29,169 bases of DNA from a virus (taxonomy: Duplodnaviria; Caudoviricetes). The notes beneath the pieces were generated by a model that was not told the origin of the DNA, did not search any database, and worked only from the letters and a program-made list of their open reading frames with translations. The stretch lies in the IMG/VR virus record IMGVR_UViG_3300024253_000047, positions 1-29,169 of that record; one strand, 5' to 3'. Shown one piece after another: positions 8,967 through 17,904 of the stretch; position 1 is the first letter of the stretch; each line of letters starts with the position of its first letter. Position numbers and translations under genes: made by a program.

Positions 8967-9338
8967 TTAACTATAATCTTGTGTTATCGTGTACCTCATT
9001 GCCTTGTGGAAAATCTGAACATCCGAATCGTCCTCGTACAAATCCTGTGCTTCAGTTCTGAGAAATCCTATGGACTTCATGACCACATCAACCCTCTGAG
9101 CAATGGCAGAAGTTGAAGCCGCCTGAGTCCATATATCAATTTGCATTTGAACTTCGCTTATAAACTCATCATCGTCGGCATAAACAGCTCCGACATTTGC
9201 GAATTCTAGAAAAGTAATTCTCGGAAACTCAGCCGCTTTCGGTGCTCTGAGCTGATAAATATGGCTGCCTCCGAGTAAAGTTATTAATTGTGAATCGGCT
9301 TGGAGAGCCGCAAGAACTGTTGGTTTTAAATTGATCAT
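8967..9338 (-). CDS. Tail terminator/completion protein
   Basis: Position; FPRITF, QIDIW, VMKSIGF, FHKAMRY motifs. Confidence 0.8.
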   Translation of the reverse strand: MINLKPTVLAALQADSQLITLLGGSHIYQLRAPKAAEFPRITFLEFANVGAVYADDDEFISEVQMQIDIWTQAASTSAIAQRVDVVMKSIGFLRTEAQDLYEDDSDVQIFHKAMRYTITQDYS

Positions 9339-9766
9339 AATTTAAGGCCCTCCTTCAGTTTGTTGCCGAATATTTCTTCATATTTTTTCTTATTTACAGT
9401 CATTGTCCGCGCAAAAGGAGCCTGCGCCGGCATCTTATATGATCCGTATTCAATAAGACGGATATACCAATGAGCCTTCATGTTCTTCTTGCTTACCCCG
9501 GCGAGTGCGAAGAAACTGCCATCTTTCCCGAGGGCCTCAGAGCTTGTAATGCATTCCTGGACATGCTTATCGTCTCGCCAAGTCTGCGTTCCGGCGCTTG
9601 GGAGCCTGTGAACATCACTTAATTTTATTTTCGGTTTAACATCCCTCGCGTATTGCTCTGCGGCTGCCGCAACAGCTCGCTTAAGCACAGGTTCGGTATC
9701 GTCGTTCATTTGGTTGAGCACCTCAAAGAACTCATCGAAGCCTTGAAGTTCAATACCGCTACCCAT
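9335..9766 (-). CDS. HK97 gp10-family neck/tail protein
   Basis: N-terminal IELQGFDEF; C-terminal WYIRLIEYGSYKMPAQAPF. Confidence 0.85.
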   Translation of the reverse strand: MGSGIELQGFDEFFEVLNQMNDDTEPVLKRAVAAAAEQYARDVKPKIKLSDVHRLPSAGTQTWRDDKHVQECITSSEALGKDGSFFALAGVSKKNMKAHWYIRLIEYGSYKMPAQAPFARTMTVNKKKYEEIFGNKLKEGLKL

Positions 9767-10100
9767 TCTGCACCTCCTGAAGAGCCATGATCTGAAGCTC
9801 TTTGTGCCTCATATTGACATCTTCGCAAGCTGTGATACGGTATTTCTCCCCGAGAAAAACTATCCTCATGGTATTGTCGATGTTCGCATTGTACCTCACC
9901 CTAAACATAACCGGAGCGATACCCTGCGTAGCCTGAGCCATAAACACCTCGCGGCCTCCGAGAGGAATGATCTGCGCATAGCAAGTAAAGTAATCAATGA
10001 ATTCATCGTTTGGAATTCCTTCTGCATCGGTAGTCGGACTTTTCCGTTGAATCATAATCTTGTGCTTTAAATCTCCTGCATTAAGAGTAGGAAAATACAT
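9759..10100 (-). CDS. Head closure protein (SPP1 gp16-like)
   Basis: AGDLKHKIMIQ, GGRE, FRVRY...IDNTMRI motifs. Confidence 0.87.
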   Translation of the reverse strand: MYFPTLNAGDLKHKIMIQRKSPTTDAEGIPNDEFIDYFTCYAQIIPLGGREVFMAQATQGIAPVMFRVRYNANIDNTMRIVFLGEKYRITACEDVNMRHKELQIMALQEVQNG

Positions 10101-10113
10101 TGTACCGCCCCCT

Positions 10114-10776
10114 TTATCTTATGCCGAAGTTATATGCGCCGCCTATATATGAATCAAGCGGCGCTGTGCCATTGAAGTCCCCATTGGTGAATATTCTGAG
10201 AGGCCACAGGAGACTTTCGACACCTATAGGTATCTGCTCAATTTTCTTATCCGTTGCGACTTCTTCCCTATGTTCAAACCAGTGACCCACCAAAAGGAGC
10301 ATGGCCTGCAGTATTCTTGCCGGAACATTCGTTGAATCATGCCCTGCAGAGAACTTGATCCTGACCGCCGATCCCGGCTGAGGTATAAGCACTGGCCATA
10401 TATTGAAGTATGGAAGGAAGACCGCCCCCAGATGCCTGTCGACATTCACAATATATGTCGCCGGGTCCATCGTGCTCATGACTCCTGCCGAGTTGAAGTA
10501 TTCAACATACGCTACGCTTTTTAGAGGCGCTCTTGGTAGTTCGATGTAATTCCTGTTGGTCGGAAAACTGTCGAGTACAAGCTCCCAGTCGCACACACCG
10601 ATCGAACGGTTTGTGAAGTCCTCTACCCACTCTCGGGCCACAGTAATCAGAGTGCTGATATAGGCATCATCATCTGTGAACCCGATGTCAATTCTGAGGT
10701 GTTGCTTCGCTGTCGCCAGCGACAGGAGTTCCGTTGTCGGCTGTGTTAATCTGTTCAGGTGCATTGTCCCCGGCAT
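10114..10776 (-). CDS. Head-tail connector (gp6/gp15-like, phiE125 gp8 type)
   Basis: LSLATAKQHLRID...DDAYISTLI..AREWVEDFT; QAMLLLVGHWFEHRE; RBS GGAGGTG before ATG 10776. Confidence 0.88.
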   Translation of the reverse strand: MPGTMHLNRLTQPTTELLSLATAKQHLRIDIGFTDDDAYISTLITVAREWVEDFTNRSIGVCDWELVLDSFPTNRNYIELPRAPLKSVAYVEYFNSAGVMSTMDPATYIVNVDRHLGAVFLPYFNIWPVLIPQPGSAVRIKFSAGHDSTNVPARILQAMLLLVGHWFEHREEVATDKKIEQIPIGVESLLWPLRIFTNGDFNGTAPLDSYIGGAYNFGIR

Positions 10777-11110
10777 TTAAAGCACCTCCGTTCATCAAAT
10801 ATTCTTCAGCTGCAGCCTTGCCCCTGAACCTGTTTCCATCAGGCACCTGGTACCAGCCTCCACCAAGAGAAACTATCTCCTGCAAAACCTGCTCGGGTAC
10901 GTTTGGCACTTCAGGCTCTGGAATGTCCTCTAAAATAGTACAATGCCCATTCTCGTTCCATGTAGCTGAAAGATCATCGTCAAGCAATACCTCCTGTCCC
11001 GGATAGTAGCTCCAATCTGAAGAGGCAATTCCGACATTCATTCTGCATTTTTTCAATATTTTCACCCGCCTTCTTACTTTTTTACGTTCGTCCTCTAGGA
11101 CGATCGACAT
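10688..11110 (-). CDS. Hypothetical head-associated protein
   Basis: Between capsid and connector genes; G-rich RBS; overlaps the next gene by 89 nt. Confidence 0.6.
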   Translation of the reverse strand: MSIVLEDERKKVRRRVKILKKCRMNVGIASSDWSYYPGQEVLLDDDLSATWNENGHCTILEDIPEPEVPNVPEQVLQEIVSLGGGWYQVPDGNRFRGKAAAEEYLMNGGALNAGDNAPEQINTADNGTPVAGDSEATPQN

Positions 11111-11130
11111 TGATGTCGACCCCCCAATAG

Positions 11131-11156
11131 AAATAAAAGAGAGCCGAAGCTCTCTT
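11131..11156 (-). terminator. Intrinsic terminator after the major capsid gene
   Basis: Minus strand AAGAGAGC-TTCG-GCTCTCTT followed by TTATTT. Confidence 0.8.
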
Positions 11157-11158
11157 AA

Positions 11159-12436
11159 CTATGTTGCTGAGTTAGCGTAATAAGCAATTGGATGAGTTCC
11201 TGCATCCATAAGTTTAGAGTCACCCCTGTAGAATGCGACAAATCCGATCTGACCAGACTCGATGTACTTCTCGGTGATCCTGAATAGAGTCACATCCATT
11301 ACATCACGAACGAAGAACTTCGAAAGGTCACCGAACACGATTGACTTCGCATTAGCGGCCATGACCGGCATGTCGTTATTGATTACGTACTCGTAGCCAA
11401 GGATGCTGTCAGGAGCGTTTTGCGTTGTGCCTGGGAGCCAGATGTACCTTCCGTAGGAGTCCTTCAGCTTCTTGATTGCCTTAAGGGTTGTATCATGAAG
11501 CATATACTGCGCCTGCTGCCTGTATGCCGGATCAACCGAGTGCTCAAGGTTGACAAGGTCGTCAAATATTACTGCTGTAGTCTGTCCTGTGGCACCGGTG
11601 GTTCCGAGTGTTGCACCGGTTACTATACCTTGCGGCTGCGAAGAGCCGGTTCCTACAGTGTAGTGGTTGTTGGTTATCCTGCCGATTCTGTTTCCAAGCT
11701 CTCTCGCGAGGAAGGTTTCAAGATCGAACGCGCTGTCCTGCATGAGTTCGAGCGATACAAGAACGGTGTTCGAGGTGTACTTGTACGCATTGAGGGTAAC
11801 CTGCCCGAAGGATACGTCGGCAGTCGAGCCAGCTGCGTTTTCAGCAAGGAGAGCGCCCATATTTGCAGTATCGTTTGCGCTTGGCATTGGGAGCGCATTT
11901 CCTGAAGCTGTTTTCAAGACAGTGGCCCTCGACTTCCTGATGCCTCCGAACCACTTCATGGCTTCCTCGAGATTGTCATAGAAGCCCTGCGGTACTGTGT
12001 ATCCGCCTGCAGCTCCCGTTCCAACAGCCAAGGCTCTTGATTCATCGGATCCTGTAGCTGAGAATCCAGCTCTCATAAGGTCTCTTTCTTCGGCGTTAAG
12101 GGAGCTCATACCCCCGATAAGGTACTTCGCAAATGCGCTTCTGTATTCATCCCTTTGCCTTAAAGGTTTGTTCCTGTTCTCGTCTTTAGGAGTTATATCA
12201 GCTCTTCCTGCTCCTGACTCTCCGAGGGACTTCCTCATTTCATCTTCAAGTTGGAGCTGCCTCTCTTCTCTTGAAACATCGGCCCCAATCTTGTCAACAT
12301 CGGCCATTATTTTCTCATATCTGGTTTCCTCATCGGCGCTTAGAGTTCTCTTTTCGCCATCTGCCTTGTCGATGAGTCCCCTACCTTCCTGCACAAGTGC
12401 GGCTCTTCTCTGTCTTAATTCGAGTAATTTGTTCAT
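11159..12436 (-). CDS. Major capsid protein, HK97 fold, with N-terminal coiled-coil delta domain
   Basis: GGYTVPQ, VSLELMQDS, GTGSSQPQGI, LKDSYGRYIW, FGDLS motifs. Confidence 0.95.
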   Translation of the reverse strand: MNKLLELRQRRAALVQEGRGLIDKADGEKRTLSADEETRYEKIMADVDKIGADVSREERQLQLEDEMRKSLGESGAGRADITPKDENRNKPLRQRDEYRSAFAKYLIGGMSSLNAEERDLMRAGFSATGSDESRALAVGTGAAGGYTVPQGFYDNLEEAMKWFGGIRKSRATVLKTASGNALPMPSANDTANMGALLAENAAGSTADVSFGQVTLNAYKYTSNTVLVSLELMQDSAFDLETFLARELGNRIGRITNNHYTVGTGSSQPQGIVTGATLGTTGATGQTTAVIFDDLVNLEHSVDPAYRQQAQYMLHDTTLKAIKKLKDSYGRYIWLPGTTQNAPDSILGYEYVINNDMPVMAANAKSIVFGDLSKFFVRDVMDVTLFRITEKYIESGQIGFVAFYRGDSKLMDAGTHPIAYYANSAT

Positions 12437-12464
12437 ATATTTACCTCCAAATCGTTATTTTGAT

Positions 12465-12493
12465 AATAAAAAAACACCTTTTTCAAGGCGTTT
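12465..12493 (-). terminator. Intrinsic terminator between protease and capsid genes
   Basis: Minus strand AAACGCCTT-GAAA-AAGGTGTTT followed by a T run. Confidence 0.65.
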
Positions 12494-13094
12494 ACTGTGA
12501 TTTTTCTGCCAAATCGAGACGTTTTCGCTTCAATTCCAGGCTCTTTTTATAGTTTTCGGACCTTTTTTCCTTGATTTTATCAAGGCTGCGCTTTGCAACC
12601 ACGCTCTCCGTCTGTTCATAGGCCGGATATGTTACAGGGCTTATATCATAAAGCCTTTTGCATTTCTGTAAGGTTCGCACGTAGACATCATTGGCATCGT
12701 CATACTCCCAGAAATCGCCGTCGTTATCGTAATCAACCATGAACCCGAATGAGCTTTGGTTAATGTCTCCGCGCTGCATAGATACGAGCAAATCATTGGC
12801 GTATGTCGTATCAGGAGGCGTTATCTCATATCTTAGGCCGAATTCATCAACTGACAGCTGGCATGTCCCGCTAGCCGTCCTACCGAGGACAAGGTTTGGA
12901 TCATGATTGACAAGCGCTCTGCAATCATCCTTTAAGCATCCGTCGAAAAAGCCAGGGTCTATCTGTTCGACAAACCCTCCGAGGTTCTGACTTCTGGTGT
13001 TAAACTTAGCAGCATAACCGACAATCTTTTTCTGCCCGTCATCACTGCTGCGAATCTCCACCTTCTCCGTTATTGTTCTGACTTCCCTTTCCAC
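12492..13094 (-). CDS. Prohead protease, HK97 family (ORF track start 13103; GTG at 13094 fits the RBS better)
   Basis: IVGYAAKFN, ALVNHD, SSFGF, DISPVTYPAY motifs. Confidence 0.93.
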   Translation of the reverse strand: MEREVRTITEKVEIRSSDDGQKKIVGYAAKFNTRSQNLGGFVEQIDPGFFDGCLKDDCRALVNHDPNLVLGRTASGTCQLSVDEFGLRYEITPPDTTYANDLLVSMQRGDINQSSFGFMVDYDNDGDFWEYDDANDVYVRTLQKCKRLYDISPVTYPAYEQTESVVAKRSLDKIKEKRSENYKKSLELKRKRLDLAEKSQ

Positions 13095-14340
13095 TGCTAT
13101 CACCTCCCTTCACATTAATTGTCCCTGCCATGGCCTTAGGAATCATATTGCCATTGCAGAGATAAATCTGTCCTTGACCATCAGACTGAGGGTTCATATC
13201 CTCAAGCTCCCTTACCTCGTCCGCATTGTAGATACCATCCTGGATCATCAGGTGATAACCGTTCATTCTTGTAGCAAAGTCGCCACGAAGAAGGGCATCG
13301 ACAGAGAACTTGGCGAAGTATTTCTTACGGTCGAGCGGAGTAAGCAGATCCTTGAATATCGCCTGCTCCCATTTAACGAGCCAAGGCATGAGTGAATATG
13401 TGACATACTCAAGCGACTTCTGCTCAATGTTGCTGAAGGTAGCTCCCTCAAAGTCCATAATCATGTGCGGCGGCACATTGAAAAACCTAGCCACCTCTAT
13501 GACCTGGAACTTCCTTGTTTCAAGAAACTGCGCGGCATCTGGCGGAATAGTGAGCTGTGTGAACTTCAAACCTTCCTCGAGAAATATGAGCCTTTGGGCA
13601 TTACTTAATCCCGAATAGTTCTCATTGAAGGAAGCTTTGTACCTGGTGTAGGATTCGTCCGACATTCGGCCTGGATACTCGACAATACCGCTGGCGTTCG
13701 TACCATTGCCGAAGAACTTGGCTCCAAAGGCCTCGGTAGCAAGGCCCAACCCGATGGCTTCCCGCGCGAGGTCAACCGGTTTGAAAGGACTGTCCATGCT
13801 GAAACCCAAGCTCGGTAGCACGAACATGCTCTCCGCTCGAATTGGAGTGTCTCCGCCACTTGGCATTGAAACATTATATACTAGCTCCTTTGTGGTTGGA
13901 TCGCGGTATGGCCGCACTCTGTTGCTCGGTATGGGCCAAAGTCCAATTACCTGTCCGGCCCCGTTATACTCAATCTCAGCGTAGGCCTGCGGCATAAGCA
14001 GGGCATTGACCATCATGATTTGCCGGAATGTGAAGCTCGATATTTCGCTGTTGGCCATGTCATGCAGTATCGGATAAAGCGGATGATAGTCAGCCTTTTC
14101 CTTGCCAACCTTTAGTTTTTTATACAGCGGCAAAGGCAGCATGGCGATGCTTTCACTCAGCAGCCTAATGCATGCATATACCGCCACCAGCCTGACAGCT
14201 GTGTTCTCATTGACATTGACGCCTGATGAGGTAGGACTGTCCATTCCGAGAATGAAGTTCCTTAGCCAAAGCGGTGGGTAGGCTAAATTACCGCCGCCGG
14301 TATCTCTCATCTCTCTTTTGATTCTATTAACAAGTCCCAT
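13042..14340 (-). CDS. Portal protein, HK97 family
   Basis: AVYACIRLLSESIAMLPL, FFGNG, AQFLETRKFQ..EVARFFNVPPHM, FSNIEQ, NADEVRELED motifs. Confidence 0.95.
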   Translation of the reverse strand: MGLVNRIKREMRDTGGGNLAYPPLWLRNFILGMDSPTSSGVNVNENTAVRLVAVYACIRLLSESIAMLPLPLYKKLKVGKEKADYHPLYPILHDMANSEISSFTFRQIMMVNALLMPQAYAEIEYNGAGQVIGLWPIPSNRVRPYRDPTTKELVYNVSMPSGGDTPIRAESMFVLPSLGFSMDSPFKPVDLAREAIGLGLATEAFGAKFFGNGTNASGIVEYPGRMSDESYTRYKASFNENYSGLSNAQRLIFLEEGLKFTQLTIPPDAAQFLETRKFQVIEVARFFNVPPHMIMDFEGATFSNIEQKSLEYVTYSLMPWLVKWEQAIFKDLLTPLDRKKYFAKFSVDALLRGDFATRMNGYHLMIQDGIYNADEVRELEDMNPQSDGQGQIYLCNGNMIPKAMAGTINVKGGDSSGKGSQNNNGEGGDSQQ

Positions 14341-14347
14341 TTAGTTC

Positions 14348-14530
14348 TCACCTCCCTTCCTTGCTTTCAGGTTGTTTAGGAGTTAAGAGAAAGGCGAGAA
14401 CAATTAGCGAAATCCCTACAAATATAATTGCCGCCGGCCTATACACGATGTATATTCCTGCTGCGATCAAGATAATTCCTGCGATTAAAAGCAGATCGCT
14501 AATATTTATGTCGTATCTTAGATTAAACAA
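14348..14530 (-). CDS. Small two-TM membrane protein between terL and portal (probable TTG start 14530)
   Basis: Two hydrophobic segments; RBS AGGAGGTG before TTG. Confidence 0.6.
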   Translation of the reverse strand: MFNLRYDINISDLLLIAGIILIAAGIYIVYRPAAIIFVGISLIVLAFLLTPKQPESKEGR

Positions 14531-14546
14531 CTTAGCACCTCCTTCC

Positions 14547-16097
14547 TTAGGCTCGGACACCTCTGAACTCATAAATTGAAGCACCCATGATTTCGAATTT
14601 AACCGCTATGGCCATTGCATTGATGAGCGCTACAGTCAAATCTATTCGGTCAACTGACTTGTTCTTCATCGGCTTGATATTCTCATTGCCGTCTACTGCT
14701 ATATTCACATTCCCGAAGCACCACCTTGCCAGAGGGTTCTCTTCATGCTCCATCATTCCAGACTTCAGAAGCCTTTCCACTTCCTTCATTGCCGGCGACA
14801 GCTGGGCCATGTTCTGGGCTACCTCCAGCACATCCACTCCCTCGGCTTCAAGCCTCTGTGTGAGCATCCTGCTGTTCCAAGGGTCAGTCCCGAGATACTC
14901 AAACTTGTACTGCTTGCTGAGCTGCAGAATCCTCGACTCGACAAACCCATAGTCTATGACGTTGCCCGGAGTAGCGTGGAGATATCCTCTGTTAACCCAT
15001 CTGTCATAGGGAACTTTGTCCCTTTTGCACCTGATCTTCATGTTGTCTTCTGGTATCCATCCTTCGGATATGAAAACCCACTTGTCTATACCTTCCTGCG
15101 GCGGAAATAAAAGAACCAACCCCGTAAGGTCGGTTGTAGTAGAAAGATCAAGTCCAGGATAGCAGCGCTTCCCCACAAGATCCGCTTTATTTGTTTTGCT
15201 TATCGTCGTATCCCACAATGTCAAAGGCAGCCAGCCAACCTGCTTCAGGGAAACCCACTGGTTGAGCCTGAGCCACCTGAACAGCTTCTCTTTTGCCGGC
15301 TCGTTCCTTGCACCTATGGCTTCCTGCCTCACACTTTCAATGTCTATCGTCACCCCCAGTGAAGGGTTCGCCATATACCAGGTAGCTTCATCGAAGATAT
15401 CTGCCTCCTCCGGCGCGCCGTATATCTTAACGTACCAGTAGGGATCCTCTATTTCTTCCTCCATAACCTTGCGCGCATATTCGTGTACCTCCCAGCCGAT
15501 AGAGTGCTTGTCAGGATCGTCCCCCGCTGTTGTAATAACCCACCAGAGCGGTTCCTTTCTTGCGGCACCTGCACCGAAGGTCATAACATCCCACAACTCC
15601 CTGTTAGGCTGGGCGTGCAGCTCGTCGAATATTACTACGGTAGGATTTATACCATGCTTAGTGAAGGCCTCTGCGGAAAGCACCTTAAGGAATGTCCCGT
15701 TCTTAATGTTCTTGATGTACTTCTTGCTGTCAGTTATTTTGATTATCTTCTGGAGCATCTTGTCCTGCTCCACCATCTGCTTAACTGCATTGTAGGTCAG
15801 TGAAGCCTGATCCCTGTCTGCAGCACAGCAGTAGATCTGACCACCCGGAGGATCGCAGATAAGGTGGTAGATAGCAAGACCGGCTATAGTCGTAGTCTTC
15901 GAGTTTTTCTTGGGAATCTCGAGGTATGCATACCTGTATTGCCTGTAGCCGCTGTCATTGACAGTGCCGTAAACATCCCAGATGATGTCATGCTGCCATT
16001 TCATAAGTGTAAAGGGCTGACCGTAGAAATCGTCCGTTAGATGGAGAAGCTGGATGAACTCTATGACCTCAAGTGCTCTCGCCTTATCATTCACCAT
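14547..16097 (-). CDS. terL: Terminase large subunit
   Basis: Walker A region EIPKKNSKTT, Walker B VIFDELH, ITTAG, nuclease GLDLSTTTDLT, RIDLTVA. Confidence 0.95.
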   Translation of the reverse strand: MVNDKARALEVIEFIQLLHLTDDFYGQPFTLMKWQHDIIWDVYGTVNDSGYRQYRYAYLEIPKKNSKTTTIAGLAIYHLICDPPGGQIYCCAADRDQASLTYNAVKQMVEQDKMLQKIIKITDSKKYIKNIKNGTFLKVLSAEAFTKHGINPTVVIFDELHAQPNRELWDVMTFGAGAARKEPLWWVITTAGDDPDKHSIGWEVHEYARKVMEEEIEDPYWYVKIYGAPEEADIFDEATWYMANPSLGVTIDIESVRQEAIGARNEPAKEKLFRWLRLNQWVSLKQVGWLPLTLWDTTISKTNKADLVGKRCYPGLDLSTTTDLTGLVLLFPPQEGIDKWVFISEGWIPEDNMKIRCKRDKVPYDRWVNRGYLHATPGNVIDYGFVESRILQLSKQYKFEYLGTDPWNSRMLTQRLEAEGVDVLEVAQNMAQLSPAMKEVERLLKSGMMEHEENPLARWCFGNVNIAVDGNENIKPMKNKSVDRIDLTVALINAMAIAVKFEIMGASIYEFRGVRA

Positions 16098-16596
16098 TTC
16101 CAGTCCTTCTCCTTATGAAAGCAGCCATCGGATCATCAGCTTCGTCATTGCCCTTCGCCATACCCACCCTAGCCCTCGATACAGGGTCAAGCAGAAGTAT
16201 CTCCCCATATTTCTTAATCTGCATGGCTGCCTCATTGGCTACAGAAAGCCAGGGGTTCTTCTTCGGCTTGCTCTGGTCCTGCTTGTCGATGTATACCTCT
16301 GTGGTCTTTCTCACATTCTGCATTGCCCTTCTGTAGGTAACAAGAGCCTCGCAGTAGATCTCGAGAGCGTTAACGTCCAGATCCGACAGCAGAGGCTTCT
16401 CAAACTCTCCGTAAAGCTTAACAATCCTTCTCCATTCTTTCTTAGCCCCGTCGCTCAGGTGTGACGGGCATCTCAAAGCATTTGATTTTATGGTAGGCTC
16501 ATTCTCTTTTCGCCTTTCAAGTTCTTCCTTGGTAAGCCTGTTCTTATCGTTAGTCGCCTTCATTACTACATATGGATATGCCTTCCTTCCAGCCAT
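16087..16596 (-). CDS. terS: Terminase small subunit, P27 family
   Basis: MAGRK, PSHLSDGAKKEWRRI, DVNALEIYC, KNPW, LDPVSRAR motifs. Confidence 0.9.
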   Translation of the reverse strand: MAGRKAYPYVVMKATNDKNRLTKEELERRKENEPTIKSNALRCPSHLSDGAKKEWRRIVKLYGEFEKPLLSDLDVNALEIYCEALVTYRRAMQNVRKTTEVYIDKQDQSKPKKNPWLSVANEAAMQIKKYGEILLLDPVSRARVGMAKGNDEADDPMAAFIRRRTGNGE

Positions 16597-16660
16597 TGAT
16601 GCACCGCCTTTCCTATTTTTATTCTAATTATCCACAAATTTGTGTGCATTTTTATCCACT

Positions 16661-16685
16661 AAAAAAGGAACCCTAAGGTTCCCTT
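16661..16685 (-). terminator. Intrinsic terminator downstream of the accessory island
   Basis: Minus strand AAGGGAACC-TTAG-GGTTCCTTT followed by more T. Confidence 0.7.
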
Positions 16686-16723
16686 GATTCGCAATATAAG
16701 AAAAATGCGAATTAAGGTTTATA

Positions 16724-17464
16724 TCATTTATAATTATTAAAATGCAATTTCCACGCCTTATTTTTATGCTCTATTCTTCCTCTAATACTTGCTCTGCTTT
16801 TATTCCGTTCAAGGTTATTATACATCTCGTCCATGTTGTTATATTCACCTATAACATAAAAATTTATAAAAATGACTTTATCATCTCTATAAATATTTGA
16901 GAAATCTATTAATAAACCCTTTTGAAGAAGTTCGAATAGTTTATCTTTTATCTCCATATCTATTGGATATATTTTTCTCTTTTTGTTTGTAATAACACTT
17001 TCAATTATTTTATTTGATATTATCTCTCTAAAAATAGACATATCTTTACAATATAATTTACAAAACCAACCATCATCATGAGAAAGATAAACGAAATTGT
17101 TATTTATTCTATCTATAAATGGAGATTTTAAAGGTTCACAAAAATGGGATAAGTATAATACTTCTGCCTTTTCTTCAGGTATGCAATTATTCAGTGCCAT
17201 TTCATCTTTATAATCTATCCAATGAAAATTGCCTAAGCCATACAAATCTTCTTTGCATAGTTCTGAAATGTAATCACCATTAACAGTTTCTAACCACCAA
17301 TTATAATTGAACTTGTTACTGACAAATTTTCCGTCAGTTATTAAAATATTATCTATTGGGTTAGGATTGCAGTTGATAAATTCCTTAAATTCCATACCAT
17401 AAAAAATAAAATACTGTTTATCTATATTTGCATTTATATAAAATACATCCCTTAATTTTCTCAT
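16724..17464 (-). CDS. Hypothetical soluble protein (246 aa), accessory
   Basis: Long AT-rich ORF with RBS GGAAGG; YGMEFKEF, FHWIDY and YLSHDDGWF motifs look like a conserved Bacillota family of unknown function. Confidence 0.8.
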   Translation of the reverse strand: MRKLRDVFYINANIDKQYFIFYGMEFKEFINCNPNPIDNILITDGKFVSNKFNYNWWLETVNGDYISELCKEDLYGLGNFHWIDYKDEMALNNCIPEEKAEVLYLSHFCEPLKSPFIDRINNNFVYLSHDDGWFCKLYCKDMSIFREIISNKIIESVITNKKRKIYPIDMEIKDKLFELLQKGLLIDFSNIYRDDKVIFINFYVIGEYNNMDEMYNNLERNKSRASIRGRIEHKNKAWKLHFNNYK

Positions 17465-17537
17465 AGAATTTCATACCTTCCAATTTTTAATTTTCTAATA
17501 ATGCGGATTATTAGGTTCGTTTAATTTTCATATACTA

Positions 17538-17813
17538 TTATCTAATAAATCTAATAACACTATCAACTGTAATGAATATTCCCACCAATACTCCAAAAAT
17601 TCCAATATATTTTTTGCTTACTTTTATATCTTTTGCACCCATTTTTTCTGACGTTAGCAAGAAAACTATACCAATAAACAGAATATTCAACCCTGACAAT
17701 ATAGACCTGAGATTAGCATTTACATAAATAAAATTAGATAAAACTAATAGGCATAACCCACTAACACTATACAATAATACAAAAATAAAAAATATTTTTT
17801 TATATATTTCCAT
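17538..17813 (-). CDS. Small three-TM membrane protein (probable ATG 17813; ORF track start 17855)
   Basis: Three hydrophobic segments; RBS GGGGTG 4 nt before ATG 17813. Confidence 0.7.
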   Translation of the reverse strand: MEIYKKIFFIFVLLYSVSGLCLLVLSNFIYVNANLRSILSGLNILFIGIVFLLTSEKMGAKDIKVSKKYIGIFGVLVGIFITVDSVIRFIR

Positions 17814-17904
17814 AGAACACCCCACTATTTTTTTTGTTTCGCAACATTCTACCACTATTCGTTTACCTGCTTGGTTCCTGCGAACAATTTAAGAAAGATA
17901 CGAA

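Noticed and set aside
17814-17855. N-terminal extension of the 17538..17855 ORF
   Set aside because: A better RBS precedes ATG 17813, and the extension overlaps the junction repeat.
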